From contig CAWJTV010000041.1 in the NCBI GenBank assembly GCA_963845755.1, positions 640,001 to 704,000 on the forward strand: a DNA stretch of 64,000 bases, written 5' to 3'. Positions 63,901 to 64,000 of this stretch are shown here, piece by piece. How positions within the stretch are numbered: position 1 is the stretch's first letter; every line of letters begins with the position of its first letter. The position numbers and the translations under genes are program-made. The notes under the pieces were generated by a model. The model did no database searches, was not told the origin of the DNA, and worked only from the letters and a program-made list of their open reading frames with translations. The DNA is from an uncultured Planctomycetota bacterium. GTDB taxonomy: Bacteria > Planctomycetota > Planctomycetia > Isosphaerales > Isosphaeraceae.

Positions 63901-64000
63901 TCCCCTTCGAGAGTTTCTACCAGTTCATGGACACGATCCATCTGTTTATGCGAGAGATCTTGAAGGAACTCGCTCCAAGCTTGGAGTAAACGTGTTTTCA

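Overview
GC-rich bacterial DNA that looks like a planctomycete of the Isosphaeraceae/Singulisphaera type. Support for this: LEPR-XLL export motifs, DUF1559 and DUF1573 genes, an ECF sigma factor paired with a Ser/Thr kinase, and HEAT and WD40 proteins. Roughly 30 or more single-base frameshifts break otherwise intact genes, including lpxB and sufD, so most are probably long-read consensus errors. Content in order: (1) a secreted GH81 beta-1,3-glucanase divergent from an ECF sigma factor and a Ser/Thr kinase-WD40-TPR gene; (2) a minus-strand accessory cluster of two DUF1573 genes, an 8-Cys secreted mini-protein, an exported membrane-anchored protein, DUF1559 and a TPR-sulfotransferase, in which an IS3 and an ISAzo13 element each split a gene that can be rebuilt across the junction; (3) MarR/methyltransferase, hybrid histidine kinases, an SMR transporter, a triple-repeat protein, an S41 peptidase, a HEAT protein, a RelE/HigA-type TA pair and a sulfatase; (4) a lipid locus of acyltransferase plus sphingomyelin-synthase-like PAP2 enzyme, convergent with a PhnD-like/patatin fusion; (5) CE15 and alpha/beta esterases and a RedB-like/hybrid kinase/PleD-like module; (6) lpxB, a STAND-like ATPase with a Zn-ribbon ACP, a HicA-like gene with an in-frame amber stop, a MITE-like palindrome, a PAS-AAA regulator, dgoK and an HTH-S24 regulator; (7) the 3' part of a suf operon (sufD, rhodanese, sufE, Rieske ferredoxin, sufT). 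I recognised no rRNA, tRNA or CRISPR array. All family assignments come from motif recognition by eye, not from database searches.
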